Shown here: piece by piece, positions 60,705-64,000 of the stretch
How positions within the stretch are numbered: the first letter of the stretch is position 1
How the letters are laid out: each line of letters starts with the position of its first letter
DNA from: Candidatus Nomurabacteria bacterium
Lineage (GTDB): Bacteria > Patescibacteriota > Minisyncoccia > Phycocordibacterales > UBA9973
DNA: 64,000 bases
Direction: 5' to 3'
Assembly: GCA_037139835.1 (NCBI GenBank)
Contig: JBAXFQ010000001.1
Coordinates: 12,780 to 76,779 of the forward strand
Program-made: the position numbers and the translations under genes
Notes under the pieces: generated by a model
Told to the model about the DNA's origin: nothing
What the model saw: the letters and a program-made list of their open reading frames with translations, nothing else
The model's database searches: none

Positions 60705-62024
60705 ATGAAAATATATTACGGAGATGAAACTAAAAAGGCTTTGAAAAATTTTCCTTTTTCTAATCATAAAACAAATATAGACTTTATTATGTCTATTGTT
60801 TTGTTAAAAAAAGTTGCAGCGATAGCAAATTATAAATCTGGGAATCTAAATTTAAACATCAAGGATGCTATTGTTAAATCTTGCAACATTATTCTACTAG
60901 GCGGTTATGAAAACCAATTCCTTATATCTTACTTGCAAGGAGGAGCTGGTACTGCAAGTAATATGAATGTGAATGAGGTTATTGCAAATATGGCCAGTGA
61001 AATTTTAAAAGGAAAGATCAAGGTTCATCCAAACGATCATGTAAATATGAGCCAGTCGACAAATGATATAAATCCTTCAGCTCTTAAAATATCTACTTAT
61101 AATTTACTGAAAGAGCTCAATATTAAATTGTTGTCTTTAGTTTCTTCCTTGAATATAAAGTCCAAGGAATTTAAAAATATAAAAAAGCTTGGTCGTACAC
61201 ATTTACAAGATGCTGTTCCTACTACAATGGGAGCAGAATTCCTAGCTTATTCAGAAAATCTAAAAAGACATATTCCTTTAATAAAATTATCAGAAAATTT
61301 ATCTAAGGTTTTAAATTTGGGAGGTACTGCTATAGGGAATTCTATAAATGCAAATAATATATATATAAAAGAAGTTTATAAAGAATTAAATAATGAGACC
61401 AAAACCAAATTTTTGAAAGCAGATAATCTAATGTCTAAAACAAGCAGTCAGGTTGATTTTTTGATTATATCCCAGACAATAACGTCATTGTGTGTAGATC
61501 TTTCAAAGATTGCCAATGATCTCCGCTTCATGTCATCAGGGCCTAATGGAGCAATAGGAGAAATAATTTTACCAGAATTACAAAAAGGTTCTTCTATAAT
61601 GCCTGGTAAAGTAAATCCAGTTATACCAGAAACTGTAAATCAATTATATTATTTAGTTTCAGGTAATAATGTTTCGATAGAAAAGGCTGTTGAGAGTTCT
61701 CAAATGGAACTGGGTGTGATGCTTCCTATTATTGTCGATAAGCTGATTGATTCTATTAAAATTACAGGAGAGGTAATCAATCAATTTGATTTCTTGTGTA
61801 TAAGAGGAATAAAAGTAAATAAAGAAAAATGTATATATCACCTAGAATGCTCAACTGCTTATGCTACATTATTAGTCCCTCGTTTGGGATATGATTTAGT
61901 TTCTTCTCTTGTTAAAAAATCATTAATTAATAATAAAACATTGAGAGAAATGGTAGTAAGCGAAAAATACTTAAGTGAGGAAGAATTCAATAATATTATA
62001 AATTATAAACATTTATTGGGATAA
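60705..62024 (+). CDS. Aspartate ammonia-lyase / class II fumarase family
   Basis: GGAGT.SNMNVNE, GRTHLQDA, GSSIMPGKVNP. Confidence 0.9.
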   Translation: MKIYYGDETKKALKNFPFSNHKTNIDFIMSIVLLKKVAAIANYKSGNLNLNIKDAIVKSCNIILLGGYENQFLISYLQGGAGTASNMNVNEVIANMASEILKGKIKVHPNDHVNMSQSTNDINPSALKISTYNLLKELNIKLLSLVSSLNIKSKEFKNIKKLGRTHLQDAVPTTMGAEFLAYSENLKRHIPLIKLSENLSKVLNLGGTAIGNSINANNIYIKEVYKELNNETKTKFLKADNLMSKTSSQVDFLIISQTITSLCVDLSKIANDLRFMSSGPNGAIGEIILPELQKGSSIMPGKVNPVIPETVNQLYYLVSGNNVSIEKAVESSQMELGVMLPIIVDKLIDSIKITGEVINQFDFLCIRGIKVNKEKCIYHLECSTAYATLLVPRLGYDLVSSLVKKSLINNKTLREMVVSEKYLSEEEFNNIINYKHLLG

Positions 62025-62063
62025 ATTGGTTATATATTGCGTATTAGATGTATAATACAAAAC

Positions 62064-62639
62064 ATGATAGATCATAGTCTTTGTGGAGATAAAACAGATA
62101 ATGAATTAGTTGGTATGTCTTTAAAAGAGCCCGACCATTTTCTTTGTTTGTCTAAAAGATATGAGGACAAACTCTTAAGATATATTTTAAGAATTTCCAA
62201 ATTTAGTCGTGAGGATGCAGAAGATGTATTGCAAGATGTTTTTATTAAGACTTATTACAATCTAAATGGTTTTGACAAAGATTTACAATTTTCTTCTTGG
62301 GTGTATCGAATAGCACACAATGAAACAGTTAGTGCTATAAGAAAAAAAGTAGTAAGACCAACGATAGCATTGGAAGTTGAAGACTTAGAAAGATTTGGAG
62401 ATGCTTTTGATATGACAAAAGATATCGATAACTCATTTGATAGAAAGTATATCGATGAAGCACTTTCTAAGTTAGATGAAAAATATCGTGAAGTTTTAGT
62501 GTTAAGATTTTTAGATGAAAAAGATTATATAGAAATTGCTGATATCTTAAAAAAACCTGTAAGTACTATAGGAAATCTAATATTGCGGGGAAAGAAAATT
62601 TTTAAAGAAGAATATGAGAAATTAGTAATTAGTAAATAA
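62064..62639 (+). CDS. ECF sigma factor
   Basis: DAEDVLQDVFIK, FSSWVYRIAHN, region 4 EIADIL; ATG 62064 preferred. Confidence 0.9.
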   Translation: MIDHSLCGDKTDNELVGMSLKEPDHFLCLSKRYEDKLLRYILRISKFSREDAEDVLQDVFIKTYYNLNGFDKDLQFSSWVYRIAHNETVSAIRKKVVRPTIALEVEDLERFGDAFDMTKDIDNSFDRKYIDEALSKLDEKYREVLVLRFLDEKDYIEIADILKKPVSTIGNLILRGKKIFKEEYEKLVISK

Positions 62640-62640
62640 T

Positions 62641-63378
62641 ATGGAAAACAAAAATATAAGCCAAATAGTTTTAGAAAGAATAAAAGGAGAAGGTATCAAA
62701 CCTATCTCTAAAAAAGTTTTTAATATAAAACGTGTTTTATTCTGGTTAGCAGTTGCTTTTTCTCTTGTTATTTCGGCTCTTGCTTTTTCATTGATTTTGT
62801 CTGCTTTGTTTAATAATGATTGGGATTTATATGGTAAATTCGGTTTTAGTTTTATATTAAAAACCTTACCATACTTTTGGTTAGTATCACTTCTTGTATT
62901 TATAATATTAGGAGAGTTTTACTATAGAAAAACTTCACTTGGTTATCGTAGAAATTTATCAATAATACTAGGTTTTTATCTTTTATATACAATCATTTTC
63001 GGTATAATGTTTTATTTTGTAGGAATTGGTAATTTTATAGAGCAGTCATTATTAGATAACGCACCCTCTTATAGTAATTATATTCTCAATAGGCATGAGG
63101 TTTGGCTTCATCCAGAAGAGGGACTACTTTCTGGAGAGATTGTTTTACTTGGAGATAATGAATTAGAATTAATTGATACAAATGGTTCTGTTTGGGTTAT
63201 AAATACAGAAGAAGCTTTTACTAATGGCGATGTTAAACTAGAAGTAGGGGAGAAAATAAAAATATTAGGAGATAAAGTAGAAGAAAATATATTTAATGCT
63301 GAAGAAATAAGGCCTTGGGTTGGTATCGGAATGAATAGTAAAAGAAAAGCTTTAAATATAACACCTGTTATACAATGA
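62641..63378 (+). CDS. Membrane protein with C-terminal OB-like (DUF5666-like) domain, putative anti-sigma
   Basis: 3 TM, LPYFW, GLLSGEI, VGEKIKILG; coupled to the sigma gene. Confidence 0.6.
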   Translation: MENKNISQIVLERIKGEGIKPISKKVFNIKRVLFWLAVAFSLVISALAFSLILSALFNNDWDLYGKFGFSFILKTLPYFWLVSLLVFIILGEFYYRKTSLGYRRNLSIILGFYLLYTIIFGIMFYFVGIGNFIEQSLLDNAPSYSNYILNRHEVWLHPEEGLLSGEIVLLGDNELELIDTNGSVWVINTEEAFTNGDVKLEVGEKIKILGDKVEENIFNAEEIRPWVGIGMNSKRKALNITPVIQ

Positions 63379-63493
63379 GATAAAAATTTGTATTTTGCGT
63401 ACTAGTAAGTGTAAGCAATTGGATTGCTTATTAAAATTATAAATCTAAACATATTTATTTTGTAGTGTAAAACAAAATAAATTTTACAAAATT

Positions 63494-63817
63494 ATGAAAA
63501 ATAGAAATTCACTTATTATGAGCGGTTTATTAGCATTAACTTTAGGATTGGGTGTCTCAGGAACAGCATTTGCGGCTCAAGATTTTTCTAAAAAAAGTCC
63601 TTCATATAACCAAGTTTTTGATTCACAGATGGAGCAAGTTATGGCAAATGTTGATTATGATGGATGGAAACAATTGGTACTAAATACCACTGGTAATATT
63701 GACCCTATTATTACAGCAGATAATTTTCCTCAATTTGTAGAAGCATGGAAATTAGCAAAAGAAGGAAAGATAAAAGAAGCTAATAAAATAAGGAAAGAAC
63801 TAGGAATGAATAATTAA
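63494..63817 (+). CDS. Hypothetical secreted protein
   Basis: Signal peptide (AFA), ITADNFPQFVEA. Confidence 0.7.
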   Translation: MKNRNSLIMSGLLALTLGLGVSGTAFAAQDFSKKSPSYNQVFDSQMEQVMANVDYDGWKQLVLNTTGNIDPIITADNFPQFVEAWKLAKEGKIKEANKIRKELGMNN

Positions 63818-63840
63818 GTAAAATAAAAATATTGTGTGTT

Positions 63841-63872
63841 TAAAAATAAGGCTATAATAGGCCTTATTTTTA
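63841..63872 (+). terminator. Intrinsic terminator
   Basis: TAAAAATAAGGC..GCCTTATTTTTA. Confidence 0.65.
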
Positions 63873-64000
63873 GATTCACCCAATCTTAATGTATTGGTGT
63901 TATAATGTACCTATTATAAATAATAAATAGAATTATGGATTTAAATCGATGTAAGGTTAACTTCTGCGATATAAATTTATTTTTTAAAAATCATATATGA

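Overview
AT-rich bacterial chromosomal segment using the standard code 11 (TGG=Trp, TGA=stop). Gene content and style point to Patescibacteria/CPR, Parcubacteria-like; this is inference, not a phylogeny. It contains recG, eno, a full type IV pilus/competence locus (comF, pilMNO, pilB, pilT, pilC, two major pilins, an inserted glycosyltransferase island, pilD, minor pilins), ligA, gatCA, a compact prfB, ftsEX, pyrG, eight tRNA genes, an accessory array of single genes after tRNA-Gln, an ApbE/ferric-reductase/rubredoxin redox module and a lipid-modification cluster. The strongest unexplained signal is a family of ~170-180 bp structured elements attached to tRNA genes. Those behind tRNA-Asp and tRNA-Gln have the same layout: terminator, antisense copy of the cognate tRNA 3' end split by an AGCAAACTNCTTTGCT hairpin, ACTTTTC..GAAAAGTACC stem, GACCGTAGGGCGA, then a direct copy of the tRNA 3' end. 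Related duplications sit at tRNA-Ser and tRNA-Thr. Behind tRNA-Gln, decaying copies of the tRNA end separate single-gene cassettes that each carry a promoter, with a LAGLIDADG gene upstream and no integrase in view. Also notable: a tRNA-Ser with anticodon ACT, an initiator tRNA lacking one of the three G-C pairs, widespread leaderless-type promoters, a MITE that duplicated a start codon, and a pilin head domain fused to a 3-TM anchor. All calls were made by eye; no searches were run.
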